Shown piece by piece: positions 1 through 9,556 of a stretch of 64,000 nt of DNA. Location of the stretch: positions 1,728,001 through 1,792,000 of the forward strand of contig CAWKNZ010000002.1 of the NCBI GenBank assembly GCA_963851265.1. Reading direction: 5' to 3'. The notes under the pieces were generated by a model that was given only the letters and a program-made list of their open reading frames with translations, was not told the DNA's origin and did not search any database. Numbering within the stretch: the first letter of the stretch is position 1; every line of letters starts with the position of its first letter. The stretch is from an uncultured Gemmatimonadales bacterium (lineage in GTDB: Bacteria; Gemmatimonadota; Gemmatimonadetes; Gemmatimonadales; Gemmatimonadaceae). The position numbers were made by a program, and so were the translations under genes.

Positions 1-53
1 CGCTGACGCCGGCCGCCGAAGCCGCGCTCGGCGTCACGGCCGAGCGGCGCGCC

Positions 54-803
54 GTGATGAGCGCGGTCGGCGGCGCGCCCGACAGCCAGTGGGTGATCGT
101 CACGCGCGGCCTCAAGCGCGAGTACGACATGGGCGGCGAGATCGTGCGCGCGCTGCGCGGAGTCGATCTCGCCATCGCCCGCAACGAGTACGTCGCGATC
201 ATGGGACCGTCGGGCTCGGGCAAGTCGACCCTGATGAACGTCATCGGTTGCCTCGACACGCCCAACGCGGGCGAGTACTGGCTCAACGGGACGCAGGTCT
301 CGCGGATGAGCGACGACGCGCTCGCCGCGGTGCGCAACCGCGAGATCGGGTTCGTCTTCCAGACGTTCAACCTGCTCCCGCGCTCCACCGCGTTGCAGAA
401 CGTCGAGCTGCCGCTCGTCTACGCCGGCGTTTCGGCCGGCGAACGCCGGAAGCGCGCCACCGAAGCCCTCGAGCGCGTGCAGCTGGGCCAGCGCGTCGGC
501 CACCGCCCCAACGAACTCTCCGGCGGCCAGCGGCAGCGCGTCGCGATCGCGCGCGCGCTCGTCAACAACCCGGCCATCCTGCTCGCCGACGAGCCGACGG
601 GGAACCTCGACTCGCAGACGTCCGAAGAGATCATGCGCGTGTTCGAGGGGCTCGCCGACCAGGGGCAGACCGTGGTCATGGTGACGCACGAGCCCGACAT
701 CGCCGCGCACGCGCGGCGCGTCGTCGTGCTCCGCGACGGGCTCATCGCGAGCGACGAGAGCCAGGCGCAGTTCGCGGCGCGGCTGGCGACTCCGGCGGCC
801 TGA
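54..803 (+). CDS. ABC transporter ATP-binding protein (MacB/LolD-like); frame is open back to the window edge, so the true start may be upstream
   Basis: Walker [18 protein letters not shown], signature LSGGQRQR, Walker [13 protein letters not shown]-loop VTHE. Confidence 0.93.
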   Translation: MMSAVGGAPDSQWVIVTRGLKREYDMGGEIVRALRGVDLAIARNEYVAIMGPSGSGKSTLMNVIGCLDTPNAGEYWLNGTQVSRMSDDALAAVRNREIGFVFQTFNLLPRSTALQNVELPLVYAGVSAGERRKRATEALERVQLGQRVGHRPNELSGGQRQRVAIARALVNNPAILLADEPTGNLDSQTSEEIMRVFEGLADQGQTVVMVTHEPDIAAHARRVVVLRDGLIASDESQAQFAARLATPAA

Positions 804-815
804 CGCGCCCGACCG

Positions 816-2060
816 GTGTCGTTCCTCGAAGCCGTCCGCCTCGCGCTCCAGCAGATCCGCGTTCAGAAGCTGAAGAGCTTCTTCACGACGCTCGGCGTGC
901 TGATCGGCGTCATGTTCCTCATCGCCGTCATCTCCATCGTGCAGGGGATGACCAACTACATGGAGAACGACTTCGCCGGGAAGCTCATCGGCGGCAACAC
1001 GTTCACCGTGCGGCGCTTCCCACAGAACAACGTCGGCAACGTGACCGAGGCGATGTGGCGCGCGTGGCAGCGCCGCCCGCGTCTGACGCTCGTCGACGTC
1101 GACGTGCTCCGTACCGCCCTGCCGGCGGGCACGCGGACGGCGATCGACAGCGAGAACCTCGTCTACGCCTCCACGCTCTACGCCCGCCCGCGCCAGGTGT
1201 TCGCCGTCGCCACGGACGGCGACTACTTCCGCATCAAGAAGTACGACATGTCGAACGGGCGCGCGTTCACGGCGCAGGAGGCGCAGCTCGGCCTGCCCGT
1301 GATCGTCATCGGCGACGAGGTGCGGGAGCGCATGTTCCCGGGCATCGACCCGATCGGGCGCGCGCTCAAGATCAACGGCATTCCCTACACCGTCGTGGGC
1401 GTGGTCGAGAAGCAGGGCTCGGTGTTCGGCTTCTCGCTCGACCGGCTCGCCGTGGCGCCGTTCCGGTCGCCGCTCTCGCGCCTCACCAACCCGCGCGCCG
1501 ACGTGGACGGCCTCATCGTCAGCGCCCCGTCGCGCGAGGCGCTGAGCGACCTGGAGGAGCAGGCGCGCGAGATCCTGCGCAGCCGGCGGCGGCTCGCGCC
1601 CACGCAGCCCGACAACTTCGAGTTCGAGACGTCGGAGTCTGCGCTCTCGTTCTTCAACGGGATCAAGAGCAAGATGTACGTGTTCGGCGCCGCACTCCCC
1701 GCGATCGGCCTCATCGTGGGCTCGCTCGTGATCATGAACATCATGCTCGTCGCGGTGGCGGAGCGCACGCGCGAGATCGGCGTCCGCAAGGCGTTAGGCG
1801 CGCGGCGCCGCGACATCATGAGCCAGTTCCTGGTCGAGGCGGCGATGCTCTCCCTGCTCGGCGCGGCGGTCGGCATCGCGCTCGGGCTCGTCGGCGCCAA
1901 GCTCCTCTCGCTCGCCTTCCCGTTCCTCCCGGCGGGCATCGCGCCGTGGTCCATCGGCGTCGCACTCGTGATGGGCGCGGGCGTGGGGATCGTCGCCGGC
2001 GCCTACCCGGCGAGCCGCGCGTCGCGCCTCGACCCGATCGCCGCGCTCCGCGCCGACTGA
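816..2060 (+). CDS. ABC transporter permease (MacB/FtsX family)
   Basis: N-terminal TM, large periplasmic domain, IMNIMLVAVAERTREIGVRKALGA, C-terminal PASRASRLDPIAALR. Confidence 0.92.
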   Translation: MSFLEAVRLALQQIRVQKLKSFFTTLGVLIGVMFLIAVISIVQGMTNYMENDFAGKLIGGNTFTVRRFPQNNVGNVTEAMWRAWQRRPRLTLVDVDVLRTALPAGTRTAIDSENLVYASTLYARPRQVFAVATDGDYFRIKKYDMSNGRAFTAQEAQLGLPVIVIGDEVRERMFPGIDPIGRALKINGIPYTVVGVVEKQGSVFGFSLDRLAVAPFRSPLSRLTNPRADVDGLIVSAPSREALSDLEEQAREILRSRRRLAPTQPDNFEFETSESALSFFNGIKSKMYVFGAALPAIGLIVGSLVIMNIMLVAVAERTREIGVRKALGARRRDIMSQFLVEAAMLSLLGAAVGIALGLVGAKLLSLAFPFLPAGIAPWSIGVALVMGAGVGIVAGAYPASRASRLDPIAALRAD

Positions 2061-2078
2061 CGGCGAGCCACCACGTCC

Positions 2079-3347
2079 ATGCGACTCGTCGACCGCATCG
2101 TCCAACTGTTCGAAGGCGTCGTGATCGCCCTCGAAGCCATCCGCGCCAACCGCGTGCGCGCCGCGCTCACCATCGCGGGCGTCGCGATCGGCGTGTTCGT
2201 CGTCGTCGCGATGTCGGCCGCGGTGCACGGCATCACGACCAGCTTTCAGAGCGACGTCAACGACCTCGGCGCCACGACCTTCCAGGTCAGCCGGCGCGTC
2301 ACCATCGGGCCGAGCGCGTGCGACGGCTCGGACGAGGCGTGCCCCGACCGAAAGAACCCGGCCCTGAGCCCCGACGAGGCCGTCGCGATCCGCCGTCTGC
2401 CGAGCGTCGCCGCCGTGGTCGAGATGCTCGGCGGCCAGAACGCATTCAGCTACCGCGACAAGAACCTGTCGAGCGTGGGCTTCGACGCGATGAGCGCGGA
2501 CTGGCTCGAGACCGACGCCAGCGACGTCGGCCCCGGCCGTAGCTTCACCGCGCAGGAGGCCGCGTCGGGCGCGCGCGTCGCGGTGATCAACGACTCGCTC
2601 AAGGTGCGCCTCTTCGGCGAGTCCGACCCGATTGGGAAGGTGTTCACGATCGGCAACCAGCAGTTCTCCGTGGTCGGCGTCTACCACCCCAAGGGCGGGT
2701 TCCTCAAGTCGCTCGGCGGCCGCGGGCCGGACAACCCGCGCGCGGTGATCCCCATCGAGTCGTTCCGCCGCAACTTCGACTACTGGCGGCGCGGTCTTTG
2801 GCTCGTCGTCAAACCGCGGGAAGGCGTGTCGCAGGCGGACGCGATGGACGAGGTCACCGCGCTCCTGCGTGCGCGCCGCGGCCTGAGGCCGACGCAGCCC
2901 AACAACTTCGGCCTGATCACGCAGGACCGCCTCACCGAGACGTTCGACAAGCTCTTCGGCACGCTGTTCGTGATCGGGATCGCGCTGTCCGCGGTCGGAC
3001 TGCTCGTCGGCGGCGTGGGCGTGGTCGCGATCATGATGATCTCCGTCACCGAGCGCACGCGCGAGATCGGCGTGCGCAAGGCGCTCGGCGCGACGCGCGC
3101 GACGATCCTCTTCCAGTTCCTCGTGGAGGCGGCGACGTTGACGAGCATCGGCGCGGGAATCGGCCTCGTCCTCGGCGCCGGCGCCGCGTGGCTCATCCGG
3201 GCCAACTCGTCGGTGCCCGCCTCCGTGCCGGCGTCCGCGGTGGTCAGCGCGCTCGTCGCCAGCGCGCTCACGGGCGTGCTGTTCGGGATGCTCCCGGCCG
3301 TGCGCGCGTCCCGGCTCGACCCGGTCGAGGCACTCCGCTACGAGTGA
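2079..3347 (+). CDS. ABC transporter permease (MacB/FtsX family), paralog of the preceding gene
   Basis: IMMISVTERTREIGVRKALGA, PAVRASRLDPVEALRYE. Confidence 0.92.
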   Translation: MRLVDRIVQLFEGVVIALEAIRANRVRAALTIAGVAIGVFVVVAMSAAVHGITTSFQSDVNDLGATTFQVSRRVTIGPSACDGSDEACPDRKNPALSPDEAVAIRRLPSVAAVVEMLGGQNAFSYRDKNLSSVGFDAMSADWLETDASDVGPGRSFTAQEAASGARVAVINDSLKVRLFGESDPIGKVFTIGNQQFSVVGVYHPKGGFLKSLGGRGPDNPRAVIPIESFRRNFDYWRRGLWLVVKPREGVSQADAMDEVTALLRARRGLRPTQPNNFGLITQDRLTETFDKLFGTLFVIGIALSAVGLLVGGVGVVAIMMISVTERTREIGVRKALGATRATILFQFLVEAATLTSIGAGIGLVLGAGAAWLIRANSSVPASVPASAVVSALVASALTGVLFGMLPAVRASRLDPVEALRYE

Positions 3348-3469
3348 GCGCTGGGCCGGGCCGCGTCGGCGTGCCGCCCGGCCCCGGACTTGCGCCGGCG
3401 AACACTGGCGCCGATCGCGGGCCGTCCACGCGACCGGAGCGCCGGACCACAGCCACCGTCGAGGAACCT

Positions 3470-3667
3470 ATGCCACAGACGCTGACGCGCGACACGGTCG
3501 GACTGCTTGGCGCGGCCGGAGTGCTGCTGCTACTCGTGTGGGTCGTTGGATTCGTCGTGCTCGGCGTGCACGGGCGCGGCTGGCACGCGCTCGTCCCGAT
3601 CGGCATCGTGCTCGTCATCGCCCAGGGCATACGCCGCATGAACGCGCGGGGCGACGACCCGGACTGA
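3470..3667 (+). CDS. Small two-TM membrane protein (65 aa)
   Basis: GAGGA RBS before ATG 3470; two hydrophobic segments (LLGAAGVLLLLVWVVGFVVLG, ALVPIGIVLVIA). Confidence 0.65.
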   Translation: MPQTLTRDTVGLLGAAGVLLLLVWVVGFVVLGVHGRGWHALVPIGIVLVIAQGIRRMNARGDDPD

Positions 3668-3754
3668 CCGCGCCGCGCGCGGCGCGCCGCGTGCCGCGTG
3701 CTCACGCGCGGCGCGGCCGCGCGGGCGTTGCACCGAGGCGGCTATCTTCGCCGC

Positions 3755-4504
3755 ATGACCAACGGTTCGCTGACCTCGCCGCCCCCGCCGGCGCTCGATC
3801 TGCTCGCGATCGGCCCGCATCGCGACGACGTCGAGCTGCTCTGCGGCGGGACGATTCTCAACGCCGTCGCCCGCGGCCGGCGCGTCGGGATCCTGGACCT
3901 CACGCGCGGCGAGATGGGGACGCGCGGCTCGGCCGAGCTGCGCGAGGAGGAGGCGGCACGCGCGGCCGACGTGCTCGGCGTCGCGACGCGCGAGAACCTC
4001 GGCCTTCCCGACGCCGGCATCACGAACACCGCCGAGACGCGCGCCGCGCTCGTCCAGGTGCTGCGGCGGCTGCGCCCCGCCGTCGTCATCGGACCCGCGC
4101 CGCGCGGCCGCCACCCCGACCACCGCGTCGCCTCGGAGCTCGTGCGCGACGCGTGCTTCCTGGCCGGCATCGTCAGGTTCGCGCCCGGCCTGCCGGCGCA
4201 CCGGCCCCGCAAGCTGCTCTACGCGGTGGCCTACCGTGAAGACGGCGACCGCCCGACGTTCGTCGTCGACGTGAGCGACACCTTCGAGCGGAAGCTGGAG
4301 GCCGTTCGCTGCTACGGCTCGCAGTTCGACGGCCTCACGCAGGCCGGCGAGGTGATGCCCAACGGCGAACCGCTCTACGACATCGTCCGCCACCACGCGG
4401 CCCACTACGGCTCGCTCATCCGCGCCCGCTACGGCGAGCCCTTCGCGACGCTCGAAACGATGCGCGTCGAGGACGTGACCACGCTCGAGGTCTCGACGTT
4501 CTGA
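3755..4504 (+). CDS. bshB1: Bacillithiol biosynthesis deacetylase BshB1 (PIG-L family)
   Basis: IGPHRDDVELLCGG, DLTRGEMGTRG, RHPDH, FVVDVS, YGSQF, YGEPF; start ATG 3755 chosen from a -10 box 6 nt upstream. Confidence 0.82.
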   Translation: MTNGSLTSPPPPALDLLAIGPHRDDVELLCGGTILNAVARGRRVGILDLTRGEMGTRGSAELREEEAARAADVLGVATRENLGLPDAGITNTAETRAALVQVLRRLRPAVVIGPAPRGRHPDHRVASELVRDACFLAGIVRFAPGLPAHRPRKLLYAVAYREDGDRPTFVVDVSDTFERKLEAVRCYGSQFDGLTQAGEVMPNGEPLYDIVRHHAAHYGSLIRARYGEPFATLETMRVEDVTTLEVSTF

Positions 4505-5211
4505 TGGAGGAGGCGGGACGCTCGGGCGCGCCGGTCACGTACGGCTCGTACCTCGCCCTCGACGACCTGCTCGCGTTGCAGCGTCCGCGGTCGGCCGAGG
4601 GCGGCGCAGAGCACCCGGACGAGCTGCTGTTCATCGTCGTGCACCAGACGAGCGAGCTGTGGTTCAAGGTGATCCTGCACGAACTGGCCGGGTTGGCGGC
4701 GGCGATGCGCGGCGCCCCCGGGACGCCCGGCGATGCCGGCCTCGCCCTCTGGCGCGCGACGCGCGTCAACTCGCTCACCCGCATCGTCTCGACGCAGCTG
4801 TCGTCGCTCGACACGCTGCCACCCCAACGATTCCTGCAGTTCCGGGGCTACCTCGGCTCGTCGAGCGGTGCGCAGAGCGCGCAGTTCCGCGCCATCGAGC
4901 AGCGCTCCACGGAGCTCGAGCCCGCGTTCCTCGCACTACTCGGGGCGGGCGCGACGACTGTCGAGGCGCTCTACACGGGCCCCGGCCCGGGCACGCTGTT
5001 CTTCGTCGCGGAGGCGCTGCTCGAGTACGAGCAGCAGTTCGCGCGGTGGCGGTTCCAGCACGTCCAACTCGTCGAACGGATCATCGGGCCCGCGACGCAG
5101 GGCACCGGCGGCTCGTTAGGCGCGTCGCACCTCATGCGCACCGTCGCGCAGCGGTTCTTCCCGGTGCTGTGGGAGGCCCGCACGCGGCTCTACCGCGGCG
5201 GCGCAGGGTGA
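4504..5211 (+). CDS. kynA: Tryptophan 2,3-dioxygenase family protein (short form)
   Basis: YGSYLALDDLL, HPDELLFIVVHQTSELWFK, SGAQSAQFRAIE, WRFQHVQLVERIIG, GTGGS; start overlaps the bshB1 stop. Confidence 0.8.
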   Translation: MEEAGRSGAPVTYGSYLALDDLLALQRPRSAEGGAEHPDELLFIVVHQTSELWFKVILHELAGLAAAMRGAPGTPGDAGLALWRATRVNSLTRIVSTQLSSLDTLPPQRFLQFRGYLGSSSGAQSAQFRAIEQRSTELEPAFLALLGAGATTVEALYTGPGPGTLFFVAEALLEYEQQFARWRFQHVQLVERIIGPATQGTGGSLGASHLMRTVAQRFFPVLWEARTRLYRGGAG

Positions 5212-5882
5212 CCGGCGATGACCGCGGCGACGCGCGAGGCCGGATCATCGACGTGAGTGTGCGCGTCGCGGCGGGCACGCCCGAGTGGCCGGGCGACACG
5301 CCCTACGCCTGCGGCTGGACCGCGCGGCTCGCGGACGGCGCGACCGTCAATCTGTCGGCGATCACGCTCAGCCCGCACGTGGGCACGCACGCCGACGCGC
5401 CGCTGCACGTGCGCGACGGCTGGCCGGGATCCGACGCGCTGCCGCCCCACGCGTTCCTCGGGCCCGCGCTCGTCCTCGACCTCGCGATGTTGGACGGCGA
5501 ACTGTCGTACGACGCAGTCGCCGCGGCCGCGCGTACGGCCCGCACCGACCTCGGGGGCACCGAACGCCTGCTGCTGAGCACGGGGCGCACGATCGCGAGC
5601 GGCCGATTCCCCGCCGCGTGGCCGTGGCTCGCGCCCGCGTGCGTCGCCCGCCTGTGCGCCGACGGGCTCGTGCTGTTAGGCGTCGACGCGCCGAGCGTGG
5701 ACGGCCGCGAGAGCAAGGATCTGGCGACGCACCACGCGCTGTTCGGCGCGGGCGCGTGGAACTTGGAGAACCTCGACCTGCGTGCCGTCGCGCCCGGACG
5801 TTACGAGTTGGTCGCGCTGCCGCTCTCGCTCGACGGGCTGGACGCGGCGCCCGCGCGCGCCGTGCTCCGCCCCTTGAGCTGA
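5208..5882 (+). CDS. kynB: Cyclase family / kynurenine formamidase
   Basis: WPGD, HVGTHADAPLH, LGVDAPSVD, ENLDL, YELVALPL; GTGA overlap with the TDO stop. Confidence 0.82.
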   Translation: MTGDDRGDARGRIIDVSVRVAAGTPEWPGDTPYACGWTARLADGATVNLSAITLSPHVGTHADAPLHVRDGWPGSDALPPHAFLGPALVLDLAMLDGELSYDAVAAAARTARTDLGGTERLLLSTGRTIASGRFPAAWPWLAPACVARLCADGLVLLGVDAPSVDGRESKDLATHHALFGAGAWNLENLDLRAVAPGRYELVALPLSLDGLDAAPARAVLRPLS

Positions 5883-6934
5883 GCGAGGCGTTCGCCGATC
5901 GCGTCGGGCGTCAGCAGGTCATCAGCGATCGCCGCGATTTCCTCGGCGTCGCGCCACGAGCGTTCCAACTCGGCCAGTTCGCCTTGCATTGCGCGGCGCT
6001 CCCGTTCCTCGTGGGCGGCCATCTCCAGCGCGAGGCGCGCCCTCGGTATGAGGGCCTCGAGCGTGCCGTCCGCCCGAGACTCCCCGCCCAGCACAGTCAC
6101 GTTCCACGGACGTCGGTAGCGGGACGGTTCGCGCGCGAGCGCCGCGAAGAGAGCTTCGGAACTGCCAGCGGCATCGAGCAGGTCGACCGCGCCACGAACG
6201 TCCGCGCTCGAACCGCCGCCACGATTCACGTGCGGCAAGAGCCGTGATGCGGCGAGTACCGCCGCCTCGCCCGGCAGGAGTGTCATTTCCGGCACCGTGG
6301 AGGACCAGCTGTCGTGCCGGACACCGCGGAATGTGTCGAGCTGCAGCGCGAATCCGTGCTTCGGATCGGGAACGAGCCGCGCCTGTCCCGCGCCGACGAG
6401 ACTCACGCTGCGCGCCGTCCGCTCCGCGCCCCCGGTCACCGCGATCCGTGTCCGCATCCGCCGCGCTTCATTCGCGAGATTGACGAAGTTGGGCAGGTTC
6501 CAGAGTCCGCCTACGCTGAAGAGCCCCATCGCGGGCCCGGCCACGACGACGATAGACGCAACGGCGACCGCGCCTCCGATCATCAACACGTGTTTCCGTC
6601 GCCGCCGCCCGAACTGGTCGCCGTACCGCCACGCCGCAAACTCCGGGCGGAGCGGTGCCCCGATGCGCACCAACTCCGTTCGGTCGCGCAGCCGCGCGAG
6701 TCCGACGTTCTCGGTCGAGGTCCGTAACCGGGTCCCGCGGAACAGCCGCTCCGCGTCCTCGATCGCCTCCCACCGTTCCTCCTGTGGTGTGAGGTTCCAG
6801 CGCTCGCAGCGTCGGCACACCACCCACAACCGCCCCTTCGCCGCGTCGTAGGCGAGACGACGTCCCACGGGGAAGTGTTCGATCGCCTCGTTCCGCCCGA
6901 GGTCCGCGTGACAGAAGAGGCACGTCGAATACAT
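5801..6934 (-). CDS. Hypothetical protein with N-terminal CxxC...CxxC zinc ribbon and one TM segment
   Basis: ATG 6934: MYSTCLFCH...VVCRRCERWNL; hydrophobic stretch VLMIGGAVAVASIVVVAG; helical charged C-terminus. Confidence 0.72.
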   Translation of the reverse strand: MYSTCLFCHADLGRNEAIEHFPVGRRLAYDAAKGRLWVVCRRCERWNLTPQEERWEAIEDAERLFRGTRLRTSTENVGLARLRDRTELVRIGAPLRPEFAAWRYGDQFGRRRRKHVLMIGGAVAVASIVVVAGPAMGLFSVGGLWNLPNFVNLANEARRMRTRIAVTGGAERTARSVSLVGAGQARLVPDPKHGFALQLDTFRGVRHDSWSSTVPEMTLLPGEAAVLAASRLLPHVNRGGGSSADVRGAVDLLDAAGSSEALFAALAREPSRYRRPWNVTVLGGESRADGTLEALIPRARLALEMAAHEERERRAMQGELAELERSWRDAEEIAAIADDLLTPDAIGERLAQLKGRSTARAGAASSPSSESGSATNS

Positions 6935-7069
6935 GCCCGAAAGATGCCGCACGACGCGCGGCGCTGCGCGGCGCCGGCGACGTCGTCGGGCGCGCTGCCG
7001 TGTCGCTACGCGCTCGTATCGGTCCGCCAGAGAGTGGCTCTCCCCACCCGGCCAGGGGTACCTTGAGCG

Positions 7070-8257
7070 ATGCCCACCCCCGTCTACCTCGACCACGCCG
7101 CGACGACGCCGGTGCGCCCCGAGGTGCGTGCGGCGATGGACCCGTTCTTCGGCCCGACGTTCGGCAACCCGTCGAGCGCGCACCGCTGGGGCCGTGCGGC
7201 GCGCGCGGCCCTCGACGAGGCGCGCGAGCGCGTCGCCCGGACGATGGGCGCCCGCCCCGACGAGGTCGTCTTCACCTCCGGCGGGACCGAGGCCGACAAC
7301 CTCGCCGTGCTCGGCGCCTGGCGGGCCCGCCGCGACCCCACGCGCCGTGCGGTCGTCACCTCGCCCATCGAGCACAAGGCGGTGCTCGCCGCGGTGCATC
7401 ACACCGTCGAGGAGGGCGCGGAGGAGCGCCTGCTCCCCGTCGACGCCGACGGGCGCGTGCGCATCGGCGCGGCCGCTCTCGACCGCGACGTCGCCGTCTG
7501 CTCGGTCATGTGGATCAACAACGAGACCGGCGCCGTGCAGCCCGTCGGCGAACTCGCGGCGCGCGCGCATGAATTCGGCGCGGTGTTCCATACCGACGCC
7601 GTGCAGGCGTTCGGCAAGCTCGCCATCGACACCGCGACGCTGCCGGTCGACCTCCTGACGATCAGCGGCCACAAGATCGGTGCGCCGAAGGGCATCGGCG
7701 CCTTGTACGTGCGCCGGGGCACCCCGCTCGCGCCGATGCTGCACGGCGGAACGCAGGACCGCGGGCGCCGCCCCGGGACCGAGAACGTCGCGTACGCCGT
7801 CGCACTTGCGACGGCGGCGGAGCTCGCCGTCGCCGAGCGCGAGGCAGAGTGCGCGCGGCTGGGCGCGTTGCGCGACGAACTCGAGGCGCGCATCCTGGCC
7901 GCCGTGCCCGACGCGGTCGTCCACGCGTCGACCGCCGCGCGCGCGCCGCACGTGACCAACGTGTCCGTGCCGGGCTGCGACGGCGCCGCGCTGTTGCTCG
8001 CGTTCGACCTCCACGGCGTCGCGGCGTCGGGCGGTTCGGCGTGTCAGACGGGGAACGTGGAGCCCTCGCACGTGCTGCTCGCGATGGGCGTGGCGCCCGA
8101 CCTCGCCGCGAGCGCCGTGCGGATGAGCGTCGGCGCGCTCACCACGCCGGCGTGCGTGGAGCGGGTCGGCACCCTCTTCCCCGCGCTCGTCGCGAAGGCG
8201 CGCGCTGCGGCGGCCGCCGGCGCGGGATCGCCGTCGGACGGGGGGATCGCGTGGTGA
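7070..8257 (+). CDS. iscS: Cysteine desulfurase (IscS/NifS type)
   Basis: YLDHAATTP, FTSGGTEADN, HTDAVQ, PLP lysine SGHK, catalytic SGGSAC. Confidence 0.92.
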   Translation: MPTPVYLDHAATTPVRPEVRAAMDPFFGPTFGNPSSAHRWGRAARAALDEARERVARTMGARPDEVVFTSGGTEADNLAVLGAWRARRDPTRRAVVTSPIEHKAVLAAVHHTVEEGAEERLLPVDADGRVRIGAAALDRDVAVCSVMWINNETGAVQPVGELAARAHEFGAVFHTDAVQAFGKLAIDTATLPVDLLTISGHKIGAPKGIGALYVRRGTPLAPMLHGGTQDRGRRPGTENVAYAVALATAAELAVAEREAECARLGALRDELEARILAAVPDAVVHASTAARAPHVTNVSVPGCDGAALLLAFDLHGVAASGGSACQTGNVEPSHVLLAMGVAPDLAASAVRMSVGALTTPACVERVGTLFPALVAKARAAAAAGAGSPSDGGIAW

Positions 8258-9369
8258 GCGGGCCCGGCCGGGGCGAGCGCGTGCTCGTCGCCATGAGCGG
8301 CGGCGTCGACTCGTCCGTCGCCGCCGCGATGCTCGTCGAGCAGGGTTACGACGTGGTCGGCGCGACGATGAAGCTGTTCTGCTACGGCGACGACGTGCCG
8401 GACCGCCCGTGCTGCTCGCTCGATTCGATCAACGACGCGCGGCGCGTGTGCGAGCGGCTCGGCGTGCCGCACTACGTGCTCAACCTCGAGGACCGGTTCG
8501 GCCACGACGTTGTGCGCGATTTCGTCGACGAGTACGCGCGCGGCCGCACGCCGATCCCGTGCGTGCGCTGCAACACGTTCACCAAGTTCCGCGACCTGCT
8601 TCGGACCGCCGACCTCGTCGACGCGCGCTGGATCGCCACCGGCCACTACGCGCGCGTGATCGACGGCGCGCTGCACCGCGGCCTCGATCCGGCCAAGGAC
8701 CAGAGCTACTTCCTCTGGGGCATCGACCGTCGCGTGGTCGCCCGCATGCTGCTCCCGGTCGGCGGCCAGACCAAGCCCGAGACGCGCGCGGTCGCGCACC
8801 GGCTCGGTCTCACCGTCGTCGCCGACAAGGTCGAGAGTCAGGACATCTGCTTCGTCCCGGACGGCGACCACACGAAGATCATCCGCCGCACCTTGGGCGC
8901 CGACGCACCGTCGCTCCGCCCGGGCCCGTTCGTCACGAGCGACGGCCGCGTGGTCGGCACGCACGACGGGCACGCGCGCTACACCGTCGGGCAGCGCCGC
9001 GGACTACCGGGCGGCTTCGCCGTTCCGATGTTCGTCGTCGCCATCCGGCCCGCCGACCGCGCCGTCGTGATCGGCCCGCGCGAAGCCCTGCTGGGGCGCG
9101 GCGTCGTGGTGCGCGAGGTGAACTGGCTCGGTGAGGCACCCGCGGGCGGCGCGTTGGTCGCGGTGCAGGTGAGGCACCGCGCGCGCCCCGTGGCCGCGAC
9201 CATCGTGCGCGCCGACATCGACGAGGTCGAGGTCGCGCTCGACGAGCCCGTGGCGGCCATCACGCCCGGTCAGTCGCTCGTGTTCTACGACGGGGCGCGC
9301 GTCCTCGGCGGCGGCGTGATCGAGGCCGCCGTGGGCCACCGCGCAGCTCTGCCCGTGCTGGCTGCCTGA
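8254..9369 (+). CDS. mnmA: tRNA 2-thiouridylase MnmA
   Basis: AMSGGVDSS, PIPCVRCN, ATGHY, KDQSYFL, ESQDICF, TVGQRRGL, TPGQ; GTGA overlap with iscS. Confidence 0.95.
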   Translation: MSGPGRGERVLVAMSGGVDSSVAAAMLVEQGYDVVGATMKLFCYGDDVPDRPCCSLDSINDARRVCERLGVPHYVLNLEDRFGHDVVRDFVDEYARGRTPIPCVRCNTFTKFRDLLRTADLVDARWIATGHYARVIDGALHRGLDPAKDQSYFLWGIDRRVVARMLLPVGGQTKPETRAVAHRLGLTVVADKVESQDICFVPDGDHTKIIRRTLGADAPSLRPGPFVTSDGRVVGTHDGHARYTVGQRRGLPGGFAVPMFVVAIRPADRAVVIGPREALLGRGVVVREVNWLGEAPAGGALVAVQVRHRARPVAATIVRADIDEVEVALDEPVAAITPGQSLVFYDGARVLGGGVIEAAVGHRAALPVLAA

Positions 9370-9556
9370 CGCGAGCGCGGCGCCGGTCGACACGCGGCAG
9401 TACCGACGCCCGGCACGTTCCGAGAGGAATGATCCTCGTCGATGGGCATGATTCCCTCTTGCGGCGTCGAAGCAGAGCTGGCCGAAGTACCCGTCCGGAA
9501 CGCCGGGGCGATACCCGGCGGGGCGGTTGCGCACGCAGCCACCCCGCGCGCGGGCG

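Noticed and set aside
89..2542. Many long Arg/Ala/Pro-rich ORFs (e.g. 89..2542, 40613..42676, 42914..45694, 48089..50191)
   Set aside because: They are shadow frames of well-supported genes in very GC-rich DNA with few stop codons, and show no domain motifs
3379..3394. Sigma54-like CGGCCCCGGACTTGCG upstream of the small membrane protein
   Set aside because: Spacing fits, but the -24 half is poor and likely to arise by chance in GC-rich DNA
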